Notes under the pieces: generated by a model | The model's database searches: none | What the model was told of the DNA's origin: nothing | Seen by the model: only the letters and a program-made list of their open reading frames with translations | Shown here: in pieces, positions 20,295 through 29,103 of the stretch | How positions within the stretch are numbered: the first letter of the stretch is position 1 | Layout: each line of letters begins with the position of its first letter | Source: Candidatus Aminicenantes bacterium | GTDB lineage: Bacteria; Acidobacteriota; Aminicenantia; Aminicenantales; Saccharicenantaceae | Length of the DNA stretch: 61,360 nt | NCBI GenBank assembly: GCA_016867635.1 | Contig: VGJC01000001.1 | Span: 1-61,360, forward strand | Direction of reading: 5' to 3' | Translations under genes and position numbers: made by a program

Positions 20295-20633
20295 TCACGC
20301 GTCCGACCGCGGCGATCCTATCCGGATGCAGGCCTCGAACGTCGACAAGGGAGTCGAAATGAGCGGCAGGCGGTTGTCCCGGGCCTCGCCGACGACGGCG
20401 GCCGAGGGCCGCTTCCCTTGGACGAACACGACGGCCGCGACGTCGGCCACGGCGGCCGTGCTGACGACATGGCCGTTGACGAGGCCGGTGATCAGGAGCT
20501 CCCCCGGGCCCGTGAAGGCCAGGACGTCGCTCATGAGGTCGGAGGCGAAGACCCTCGTGAATTCGAGGCCCAGGTCGCTTCCCGGGGTCAGCAGCTCCCC
20601 GTCGAGGCGATCCAGGACGTTCCTCAGGTTCAT
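20295..20633 (-). CDS. DRTGG-domain protein (small, stand-alone)
   Basis: 112 aa and a paralogue of 18236..18580. The start overlaps the NuoE-like stop by 4 nt. Confidence 0.6.
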   Translation of the reverse strand: MNLRNVLDRLDGELLTPGSDLGLEFTRVFASDLMSDVLAFTGPGELLITGLVNGHVVSTAAVADVAAVVFVQGKRPSAAVVGEARDNRLPLISTPLSTFEACIRIGSPRSDA

Positions 20634-21127
20634 CCGCCGGCCTCCGTGCCGTCCGCCGACGCCGGGGCCGGCTTGAGCGTTTCCAGCACGGCGTTGGCCT
20701 TGGTCTCGTTCATCTGGCCGTAGTAGCGGCCGTCGGCGACGACCAGCGGGGCCAGGGCGCAGGCGCCCAGGCAGTTGACCCGTTCCAGCGTGTATTCGCC
20801 GTCGGCCGAGGTCTGGCCGGCCGCGATCCCGAGCTTGCGCTCGAAGTGCTCGAGGACCGCCCCTCCTCCGCGGACGTGGCAGGCCGTTCCCATGCAGACC
20901 GTGCAGATGTGGCGGCCGCGCGGCCGCAGGCTGAAGGACTTGTAGAACGTGGCGACGCTGTAGACGTGGGCCGGCGAGATGTCAAGCTCCCGGGCCACGT
21001 CGTCGAGCGTTTCGGAGGACAGCCAGCGGAACCGGTCCTGGATGTCCTGGAGGATGGGGATCAAGGCCCGCTTCTCGCCGTGATACCGGGCGACGACGTC
21101 CCGGACGACCGTGGGTTCCGAGCTCAT
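20630..21127 (-). CDS. NuoE-like [2Fe-2S] subunit (HydC/HndA type)
   Basis: ORF 20630..21256 trimmed to MSSEPTVVRDVV..., with GGAGAAGGAG upstream. ...ALIPILQDIQDRFRWL...ATFYKSF...HICTVCMGTACHVRGG...VNCLGACALAP... is the NuoE 2Fe-2S signature. Confidence 0.85.
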   Translation of the reverse strand: MSSEPTVVRDVVARYHGEKRALIPILQDIQDRFRWLSSETLDDVARELDISPAHVYSVATFYKSFSLRPRGRHICTVCMGTACHVRGGGAVLEHFERKLGIAAGQTSADGEYTLERVNCLGACALAPLVVADGRYYGQMNETKANAVLETLKPAPASADGTEAGG

Positions 21128-21201
21128 CTTCGTCTCCTTCTCCGGGTCGGTCTTCGATGTTTCGCCAAGCGCGGATCGAAAGGGGTCCGGCGAACAGGGG
21201 G

Positions 21202-21786
21202 TCAGCGGCAGCGCTGCCAGTCCGATTCGCTGAACATCCGGTCCAGCTGCTTCCACAGCTGCTTGACGTCGCAGGTCATGACGATCAGGTCCTGGGACCC
21301 GCCCTTGATATCCTTGACGAAATCGGGCATCAGCGAATCGTCACGGAAGCCCAGCCGCCGGAAGATCTTCTGGGCCCCGACCTGCGGCCGCATCATCTTG
21401 GCGACGATCGTCTGGAGGTTGTTCTGGACGGCGATGAAGTAGAGCTCGCGGATCATGATCGCCCCGAGCCCCCTCTGCTGGAAAGGCCGGGCCACGATCA
21501 GGCGGATCTCGCCCTGGTGCTTGCTCCAGGCCTCGCCCGACAGCTCCAGGGCGCCGCTGGCGATGATCAGGCCGCCGTGGACGGCGACGACCCGGATGTC
21601 ATCGCCGGACTCGACCCGCCGGAGCCGCCGTTGCACGGCCTTGCGGTCGGTGACGTCGAACTTGAGGTACTTGCGGTCCTCCATGGGAAGAGCCAGGAAG
21701 AACTCCATCAACAGGTCGAGGTCCTCCATCATCAGCCTCCGGATGGTGACCTCCGTGCCGTCCTTCAGTTTTTCGATCTTGTCCAT
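21202..21786 (-). CDS. GNAT family N-acetyltransferase
   Basis: 194 aa. ...IVARPFQQRGLGAIMIRELYFIAV... is the Q/RxxGxG/A acetyl-CoA-binding motif. Confidence 0.7.
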   Translation of the reverse strand: MDKIEKLKDGTEVTIRRLMMEDLDLLMEFFLALPMEDRKYLKFDVTDRKAVQRRLRRVESGDDIRVVAVHGGLIIASGALELSGEAWSKHQGEIRLIVARPFQQRGLGAIMIRELYFIAVQNNLQTIVAKMMRPQVGAQKIFRRLGFRDDSLMPDFVKDIKGGSQDLIVMTCDVKQLWKQLDRMFSESDWQRCR

Positions 21787-21835
21787 GCGCGCCGTGTCCC
21801 TCTCTCATTTGGATTTCGGCTTGTTATCCGGTATC

Positions 21836-21864
21836 ACTCTATGACCTCGCCGGAAAATTGTCAA
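21836..21864 (-). promoter_or_regulatory. Sigma-70-type promoter upstream of the GNAT gene (TTGACA-17-TAGAGT)
   Basis: The reverse complement of 21859-21864 is TTGACA and that of 21836-21841 is TAGAGT, with a 17-nt spacer, about 50 nt upstream of the GNAT ATG. Confidence 0.5.
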
Positions 21865-21937
21865 GACGGCGGTCTTGGTTCGTCCACGGCTCGGACGGCC
21901 CGCGGGAGATTGACAGGGCTTTGCCGGGAGTGGTATC

Positions 21938-23977
21938 GTGAGCCGAAGAACAACGATGTCACTGCGGGAAATCGAACGACGCTTCCATGACCTCCCGCTG
22001 AGGCGCAAGCTCATACTCAGCTTCCTGGCCGCTATCGCCGTCGCGGGCTTGATCACCCTCTATGTCGGCACCCGGCTCCAGCACCGGACGATCATCTCCC
22101 TGGCCGAAGCCAAGGTCCGGCACGACCTGGCCTCGGCCTGGATGGTCTACAACGAAAGACTGGCCGGGATCCGTGACACCATCCGGCTCAGCGCCGACCG
22201 GGATTTTCTCCGGGATGCGCTCTGGTCCGGCTTTCTCGGCGACGTCGGGGCCCGGCTCGACCGCATCCGCCGGGAGCTCGGCCTTGACATCTTGACCCTG
22301 ACCGACGGCCGGGGACAGGTCGTCGTCCGCTCGCGCCGTCCCGAGATCTCCGGGGACGACCAGTCCGCCGACCCCTTTGTCATGCAGGCCCTCCGGGGAG
22401 GGTCCCCGGGGGGGACCCAGATCGTCCCCCGGGCGGAGCTCCTCAAGGAAGGACAGGACCTCGCCGATCGCGCCTACTTCGAGTTCGTGCCCACGGCCAA
22501 GGCGGCCGAGCGCGCGGGGACCTACGAGGAGAACGGCATGATGCTCAAGGCCTCGGCCCCTGTCGTCGGGCGGGACGGGGAGGTCATCGGGGTTCTCTAC
22601 GGCGGACTGCTTTTCAACAGGGACTACAGGCTGGTCGACAAGGTCAAGGACATCGTCTTCAAAGGCGAGAAGTACAAGGGCCACGATATCGGCACCGTGA
22701 CCCTGTTCCAGGACGACCTGCGCATCTCGACCAACGTCATGGACGACCAGGGGAAACGGGCCGTCGGCACCCGGGTCTCCCAGGAGGTCAACCAAGCGGT
22801 CCTGAAACAGGGAGTGTCCTATCTCGGGCGGGCCTTCGTCGTGACGGCCTGGTACATCACGGCCTACGAGCCCATCCGCGACATCGACGGCCGCATCGTC
22901 GGCATCCTCTATGTGGGGATGCTGGAGCGGCCTTACATCGACCTCCGCAACCGGGTCATCGCCACCTTCATCGCCATCGCCGGCCTGGGCGTCATCCTTA
23001 TCCTGGGCCTGCTGTCCATGATCGCCGGACGGATCACCCGGCCGCTCGGCGTCATGGTCGAGGCTACGGACAGGATCGCCCGGGGGGATCTCGCCGGCCG
23101 CCTGGACATCGAAGGGCGCGACGAGATCGGCCAGCTGGCCCAGGCCTTCAACCGGATGACCGGGGACCTTCATGCCGCCCACAACGACCTGACGCAGTGG
23201 GGCCGGACGCTGGAGCAGAGGGTCGAGGAAAGGACGCGGCAGCTCCGCGAAACCCAGGATCAGCTCATCCAATCCGAGAAGCTGGCCTCCCTGGGGAAGA
23301 TGGCCGCCGGCGTCGCCCACGAGATCAACAACCCCCTGACCTCCATTCTCATCAACACCCATCTCCTTCTCGAGCGATGCGAGGACCACGCCCTGGAGAG
23401 GGAACAGCTGACCATGATCGCCGACGAGACGACCCGGTGCGCCCAGATCGTCGGCGGCCTCCTGGATTTCGCCCGACAGACCCCGGCCACAACGGTCCAG
23501 GCGGACATCGACGAGATCGTCGAACGGACGGTCCAGATCCTGGAGATGCAGGCCTCGGTCCGAAACATCCGCATCGAGCGCCGTCTCCACCGCTCCTTGC
23601 CCCGCATCGCCATCGACAAGAACAAGATCCAACAGGTCTTTTCCAACCTGATCATCAACGCCTGTGAGGCCATGCCCGGGGGAGGGGTGCTGACCGTCTC
23701 CAGCCGCCTGAGCCGCGACGGCACGCACATCGAGATCGCCTTTTCCGATACGGGAGTGGGCATTTCTCCCGCGAATATGCCGCGGCTTTTCGATCCGTTC
23801 TTCACGACCAAGAGAATGGGAACGGGTCTGGGCCTGGCCGTCAGCTACGGGATCGTCCGCCAGCGCGGGGGGACGATCGAGGTCCAAAGCGAGGTCAAGC
23901 GGGGGTCCGTGTTCACGGTCCGCATCCCGCTGGAGGAAAATATCGAGGAAACGGGACGAGAGGAGAACGGATCATGA
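21938..23977 (+). CDS. Sensor histidine kinase (TM, periplasmic Cache-like domain, TM, HAMP, HisKA, HATPase)
   Basis: 679 aa with two TM segments (LILSFLAAIAVAGLITLYVG; FIAIAGLGVILILGLLSMIAG), HAMP (...GQLAQAFNRMTGDL), the H-box GVAHEINNPLT, then the N box and G1/G2 (DTGVGI, GTGLGLAV). The start is GTG 21938 with GGGAG 7 nt upstream; an alternative ATG lies at 21956. Confidence 0.9.
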   Translation: MSRRTTMSLREIERRFHDLPLRRKLILSFLAAIAVAGLITLYVGTRLQHRTIISLAEAKVRHDLASAWMVYNERLAGIRDTIRLSADRDFLRDALWSGFLGDVGARLDRIRRELGLDILTLTDGRGQVVVRSRRPEISGDDQSADPFVMQALRGGSPGGTQIVPRAELLKEGQDLADRAYFEFVPTAKAAERAGTYEENGMMLKASAPVVGRDGEVIGVLYGGLLFNRDYRLVDKVKDIVFKGEKYKGHDIGTVTLFQDDLRISTNVMDDQGKRAVGTRVSQEVNQAVLKQGVSYLGRAFVVTAWYITAYEPIRDIDGRIVGILYVGMLERPYIDLRNRVIATFIAIAGLGVILILGLLSMIAGRITRPLGVMVEATDRIARGDLAGRLDIEGRDEIGQLAQAFNRMTGDLHAAHNDLTQWGRTLEQRVEERTRQLRETQDQLIQSEKLASLGKMAAGVAHEINNPLTSILINTHLLLERCEDHALEREQLTMIADETTRCAQIVGGLLDFARQTPATTVQADIDEIVERTVQILEMQASVRNIRIERRLHRSLPRIAIDKNKIQQVFSNLIINACEAMPGGGVLTVSSRLSRDGTHIEIAFSDTGVGISPANMPRLFDPFFTTKRMGTGLGLAVSYGIVRQRGGTIEVQSEVKRGSVFTVRIPLEENIEETGREENGS

Positions 23978-24381
23978 CAGATACCGGCAAGAAGGCCATC
24001 CTGGTGGTCGACGACGAGATCACGGTCTGCAAGAGCATCCGGAGCGCGCTCGTCCAGGAGAACTACGACATCGATTTGGCCCTCAGCGGGGAGGAGGCCC
24101 TGCAGAAGGAGCAGGTCAAGAGATACGACGTGATGATCGTCGACCTGATGATGCCCGGTATCAGCGGGCTCGACCTCCTCCGGTCGATCAAGACGACGAA
24201 CCCCGGGGTCCAGGTCATCATGGTCACCGGTTATCCGACGATGAAGAACACCCTCCAGGCCATGCAGATCGGGGCCTTCGATTTTCTGCCGAAGCCCTTC
24301 CTGCCGGCCGACCTCCGCAGCCTCGTCGCCAAGGCCCTGGCCGCGGGCGAGGGCCAGGGGAGAGCGTCAGGAGGCTCGTGA
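23974..24381 (+). CDS. Response regulator, receiver domain only (CheY-like)
   Basis: 135 aa. ILVVDDE...[11 protein letters not shown]...MVTGY...DFLPKPF. The start overlaps the kinase stop (ATGA). There is no output domain. Confidence 0.9.
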   Translation: MTDTGKKAILVVDDEITVCKSIRSALVQENYDIDLALSGEEALQKEQVKRYDVMIVDLMMPGISGLDLLRSIKTTNPGVQVIMVTGYPTMKNTLQAMQIGAFDFLPKPFLPADLRSLVAKALAAGEGQGRASGGS

Positions 24382-25245
24382 CAGGGCGTCCCGCAGCCGG
24401 TCCCCGATCTCGGCCGGGCTGACCGCGACGTAAGCCCCGGCGGCCCGCAGGGCGTCCATCTTCTCCTTGGCCGTCCCTTTGCCCCCGGCGATGATGGCCC
24501 CGGCGTGGCCCATCCGGCGGCCCGGAGGCGCGGTCTGGCCGGCGATGAAGCCGACGACCGGCTTGGGGAATTCCCCGGAAATGTAGGCGGCGGCCTCCTC
24601 CTCGGCCGTGCCGCCGATCTCGCCGATGAGGATGACGGCCTCGGTCTCGGGGTCCTCCCGGAACAGCTTCAGCAGCTCGACGAACTTGTGCCCGACGATC
24701 GGGTCCCCGCCGATGCCCACGGCCGTCGACTGGCCGAGCCCCTGCCGGGTGACCTGCTGGACGGCCTCGTAGGTCAGGGTCCCGGACCGGGAGATGATGC
24801 CGACGCTGCCGCGCTTGTGGATGGGACCCGGCATGATGCCGATCTTGGCCTTTCCGGGCGAGATGAGCCCGGGCGTGTTCGGCCCGATGAGGACCGTCCC
24901 CCGTTCCTTGAGGAGGGCTTTGACCTTGATCATATCGAAGGTCGGGATGCCCTCGGTGATGCAAACGACCAGGCGGACGCCCGCGTCGGAGGCCTCCATG
25001 ATGGCGTCCGCGCCGGCGAAGGGCGGGACGAAGATGGCCGCCGCGTCCGCCCCCTCGGCCCGGACGGCCTCGGCCACCGTGTTGAAGACGGGCACCCCGA
25101 TATGGGTCGTGCCGCCCTTGCCGGGCGTCGCCCCGGCCACGACCTTGGTCCCGTACTCGATCATCCGCTGGGCGTGGAAGGTGCCTTCGCCGCCCGTGAT
25201 CCCCTGGACGACGACCCTGGTCTTTTCGTCGATGAGAATGCTCAT
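24367..25245 (-). CDS. sucD: Succinyl-CoA synthetase (ADP-forming) alpha subunit
   Basis: 292 aa. [14 protein letters not shown]..., ...SRSGTLTYE..., ...GHAGAII... (phosphohistidine loop). Confidence 0.95.
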   Translation of the reverse strand: MSILIDEKTRVVVQGITGGEGTFHAQRMIEYGTKVVAGATPGKGGTTHIGVPVFNTVAEAVRAEGADAAAIFVPPFAGADAIMEASDAGVRLVVCITEGIPTFDMIKVKALLKERGTVLIGPNTPGLISPGKAKIGIMPGPIHKRGSVGIISRSGTLTYEAVQQVTRQGLGQSTAVGIGGDPIVGHKFVELLKLFREDPETEAVILIGEIGGTAEEEAAAYISGEFPKPVVGFIAGQTAPPGRRMGHAGAIIAGGKGTAKEKMDALRAAGAYVAVSPAEIGDRLRDALSRAS

Positions 25246-25266
25246 GTCGATCTCCTTGCCGGGCCC

Positions 25267-26424
<1,158 letters not shown>

Positions 26425-26489
26425 CTTTCCCTTCCTTTATATATAGAGGATCTCTTCGATGAGGGACGATCCAGGCCGGCCGGGCGCTC

Positions 26490-26519
26490 TTTATAACAAA
26501 AGGCCCGCGCCGTTGTCAA
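26490..26519 (-). promoter_or_regulatory. Sigma-70-type promoter for sucCD (TTGACA-18-TATAAA)
   Basis: The reverse complement of 26514-26519 is TTGACA and that of 26490-26495 is TATAAA, with an 18-nt spacer. AAGGAAGG lies before the sucC ATG. Confidence 0.5.
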
Positions 26520-26567
26520 CCGCGCGCCCCGCGCCCCCGGGGCCGCCTTTTTCCCGCTCTCTCCGGC

Positions 26568-26596
26568 TTGACAGCCCCTGACGAAAAAACTATAGT
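26568..26596 (+). promoter_or_regulatory. Sigma-70-type promoter for the mvhG...aor unit (TTGACA-17-TATAGT)
   Basis: TTGACA at 26568-26573, an exact 17-nt spacer, and TATAGT at 26591-26596. It is about 85 nt upstream of the mvhG ATG and is the only AT-rich stretch before a 17-gene run with no gap above 36 nt. Confidence 0.6.
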
Positions 26597-26683
26597 GATT
26601 CTTCATGTGTTGCCGTATGCACGATCCACGGTCTGCGATAAACAAATCCCTCCGCACCCGACTTACCCGCGAAAGGATGACCC

Positions 26684-27649
26684 ATGGCTAAGCCGAAATT
26701 CGCTATGTATTGGGCGGCCAGTTGCGGCGGCTGCGAGATCGCTTTCCTCGACATCCGGGAGAAGATCCTGGACTTCGACGCGGCGGCGGACCTCATCTTC
26801 TGCCCCTGCCTCATGGACACCAAATACAAGGACATCGAGGCCATGCCCGACGGCTCCATCGACGTGACCCTGTTCAACGGGGGGATCCGCAGCGAGGAGA
26901 ACCTCCACATCGCCAAGCTCCTCCGGAAGAAATCCAAGGTCCTGGTGGCCTTCGGCTCCTGCGCTACCGAGGGGTGCATCCCCGGGCTGGCCAATCTGAC
27001 GACCAAGAGCGAGATCCTGGATTACGTCTACCGCCGGTCGCCGTCCGTTGTCGCCGGCAACCAGGTCCTGCCCCAGCTTTCGACCGAAACCCCGTCCGGG
27101 ACCCTGACCCTGCCGGACATGTTCGAGACCTTGCGGACCCTGGACCAGGTCTTGGATGTCGACTACCGGATGCCCGGATGTCCGCCGGTGGCCGAGCAGA
27201 TCTGGGCCGTCGCCGAAGCGGCCCTGACCGGGAACCTGCCTCCGAAAGGCTCCCTGGTCGGGGTCAATCCCAAGACCGTCTGCGACGAGTGCGAGCGGAC
27301 CAAGGAAGAGAAGAAGATCAAGGCCTTCCGCCGCCCCCATCTCGTCGACCCGCGGGACATCGACCCTGTCAAATGCCTGCTGGAGCAGGGCCTCATCTGC
27401 AACGGCCCGGCCGTCCACGCCGGCTGCGGGGCCCTCTGCCCTCAGGTCAACCTGGGGTGCCGCGGCTGCTACGGGCCGGCCGAAGGCATCCAGGACGTCG
27501 GGGCCAAGCTGGCCGGGGCCATCGCTTCGGTCATCGACAGCGACGACCCCGCCGAGATCGACAGGATCGTCGGGGAGATCCTCGACCCCGTCGGGACGTT
27601 CTACCGGTTCGGCCTGGCCGGTTCCATCGTCGGGAGGCGCATCATATGA
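26684..27649 (+). CDS. [NiFe] hydrogenase small subunit, group 3 (MvhG-like)
   Basis: 321 aa. MAKPKFAMYWAASCGGCEIAFLD..., ...GSCATEGCIPG..., ...MPGCPP..., with a C-terminal Cys cluster CDEC...C...C...GC...C..C. Confidence 0.85.
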   Translation: MAKPKFAMYWAASCGGCEIAFLDIREKILDFDAAADLIFCPCLMDTKYKDIEAMPDGSIDVTLFNGGIRSEENLHIAKLLRKKSKVLVAFGSCATEGCIPGLANLTTKSEILDYVYRRSPSVVAGNQVLPQLSTETPSGTLTLPDMFETLRTLDQVLDVDYRMPGCPPVAEQIWAVAEAALTGNLPPKGSLVGVNPKTVCDECERTKEEKKIKAFRRPHLVDPRDIDPVKCLLEQGLICNGPAVHAGCGALCPQVNLGCRGCYGPAEGIQDVGAKLAGAIASVIDSDDPAEIDRIVGEILDPVGTFYRFGLAGSIVGRRII

Positions 27650-29103
27650 AGACCATCACCATCGATCCCATCACCCGGCTCGAAGGCCACGGCAAGATCT
27701 CCATCTTCCTGGACGACGCCGGCAACGTCGCCGACGCCTACCTCCAGGTCCCGGAGCTACGCGGCTTCGAGAAGTTCTGCGTCGGCCGCCCCGTCGAGGA
27801 GATGCCGCGCATCACGACCCGCATCTGCGGGGTCTGCCCCGAGGCCCACATGATGGCCGCGGCCAAGGCCTGCGACGCCGTCTATCACGTCGAGCTGCCG
27901 CGCACGGCCAAGATGCTGCGGGAGCTCCTCTACGTCATCTTCTACGTGACCGATCACGCCACTCACTTCTACGCCCTGGGCGGCCCGGACTTCGTCCTGG
28001 GGCCGGAAGCCCCGCCGGCCCAGCGCAACATCCTCGGCGTCGTCCACAAGGTCGGGGTCGAGATCGGCCGCAAGGTCATCGGCATGCGCGGCGCCTGCCA
28101 CGAGCTCATCAAGATGATGGGCGGCAAGGCCGTCCACCCCATCGGCGCCCTCCCGGGCGGGATGAGCAAGGGCCTGAGCAAGGAGGAGCGGGACGAGGTC
28201 CTCAAGATCGGCGAAGAGGCCGTCGAGTTCGGCAAGTTCAGCATCGGCGTCTTCAACCAGATCGTCCTGGGGAACAAGGAATACGTCGACCTCATCCTGA
28301 GCGACAGCTTCACCCACCGGACCTACAACATGGGGCTGGTCGACGAAAAGAACCATGTCAACTTCTACGACGGCCGGGTCCGGGTGACCGGGCCGGACGG
28401 GGCCGAGCGGGCCAAGTTCGCGGCGGCCGACTACCTCGAACACATCGTCGAGCACGTCGAGCCCTGGTCCTACCTCAAGTTCCCCTTCCTGCGCAAGGTC
28501 GGCTGGAAGGGCCTGGTCGACGGGCCCGAGAGCGGGATCTACAAAGCGACCCCCCTTTCCCGGCTCAACGTCTCGGAGGGCATGGCGACGCCTCTGGCCG
28601 ACGAAGAGCACGACCGGCTGTACAAGACCCTGGGCGGGAAACCCGTCCATCAGACCCTGGCCACCCACTGGGCCCGGCTCGTCGAGCTTCTCTACGCCGC
28701 CGAGCGCTGGGTCGAGCTGGCCTCCGACCCCGAGATCGTCGGCCCCGACTACCGGGTCGTCCCCGACCGGACCCCCGACGAGGGCATGGGCGTCGTCGAA
28801 GCCCCCCGGGGCACGCTCTTCCATCATTACAAGACCGACAAGAACGGCATCCTCCAGGAGGCCAACCTGATCGTCGGCACGACCAACAACAACGCGGCCA
28901 TCAACCTGTCGGTCAAGAAGGCCGCCATGGGCTTCATCAAGAACGGCGAGGTCCGCGAGGGGCTGCTGAACATCGTCGAGATGGCCTTCCGGGCTTACGA
29001 CCCCTGCTTCGGGTGCGCGACCCACGCTTGGCCCGGCCAGGCCGCGCTCCACGTCCGCATCTTCGGCCCGGCCGGCGATCTCGTCCACGATCTCAGGAGA
29101 TGA
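27646..29103 (+). CDS. [NiFe] hydrogenase large subunit, group 3c-like (MvhA-like)
   Basis: ORF 26710..29103 trimmed to [18 protein letters not shown].... The ATG overlaps the small-subunit stop as ATGA at 27646-27649. N-terminal Ni-binding [10 protein letters not shown] and C-terminal DPCFGCATH are present, followed by a 25-aa tail. Confidence 0.9.
   Translation: MKTITIDPITRLEGHGKISIFLDDAGNVADAYLQVPELRGFEKFCVGRPVEEMPRITTRICGVCPEAHMMAAAKACDAVYHVELPRTAKMLRELLYVIFYVTDHATHFYALGGPDFVLGPEAPPAQRNILGVVHKVGVEIGRKVIGMRGACHELIKMMGGKAVHPIGALPGGMSKGLSKEERDEVLKIGEEAVEFGKFSIGVFNQIVLGNKEYVDLILSDSFTHRTYNMGLVDEKNHVNFYDGRVRVTGPDGAERAKFAAADYLEHIVEHVEPWSYLKFPFLRKVGWKGLVDGPESGIYKATPLSRLNVSEGMATPLADEEHDRLYKTLGGKPVHQTLATHWARLVELLYAAERWVELASDPEIVGPDYRVVPDRTPDEGMGVVEAPRGTLFHHYKTDKNGILQEANLIVGTTNNNAAINLSVKKAAMGFIKNGEVREGLLNIVEMAFRAYDPCFGCATHAWPGQAALHVRIFGPAGDLVHDLRR

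Noticed and set aside
21910-21939. TTGACA-18-(TGg)TATCGT, a promoter-like element in front of the histidine kinase gene.
   Set aside because: The -10 would overlap the GTG start at 21938, which itself has a good SD (GGGAG, 7-nt spacer). If the promoter were real, the gene would have to start at ATG 21956 with a leader of about 10 nt and no SD. The two readings are mutually exclusive and I cannot decide between them from sequence alone, so it is not listed as a feature.
26521-26556. A GC-rich palindrome followed by TTTTT, which looks like an intrinsic terminator on the plus strand.
   Set aside because: No plus-strand gene ends upstream of it, because it lies between two divergent promoters. 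The CCCCGGGG palindrome also has no loop. It is more likely an operator or spacer element.
29029-29103. The [NiFe] large subunit keeps a 25-aa C-terminal tail after the DPCFGCATH motif, yet no maturation endopeptidase or hyp genes are in the window.
   Set aside because: A C-terminal tail is normal for the pre-protein, and maturation genes are often located elsewhere. This is not evidence of anything unusual.
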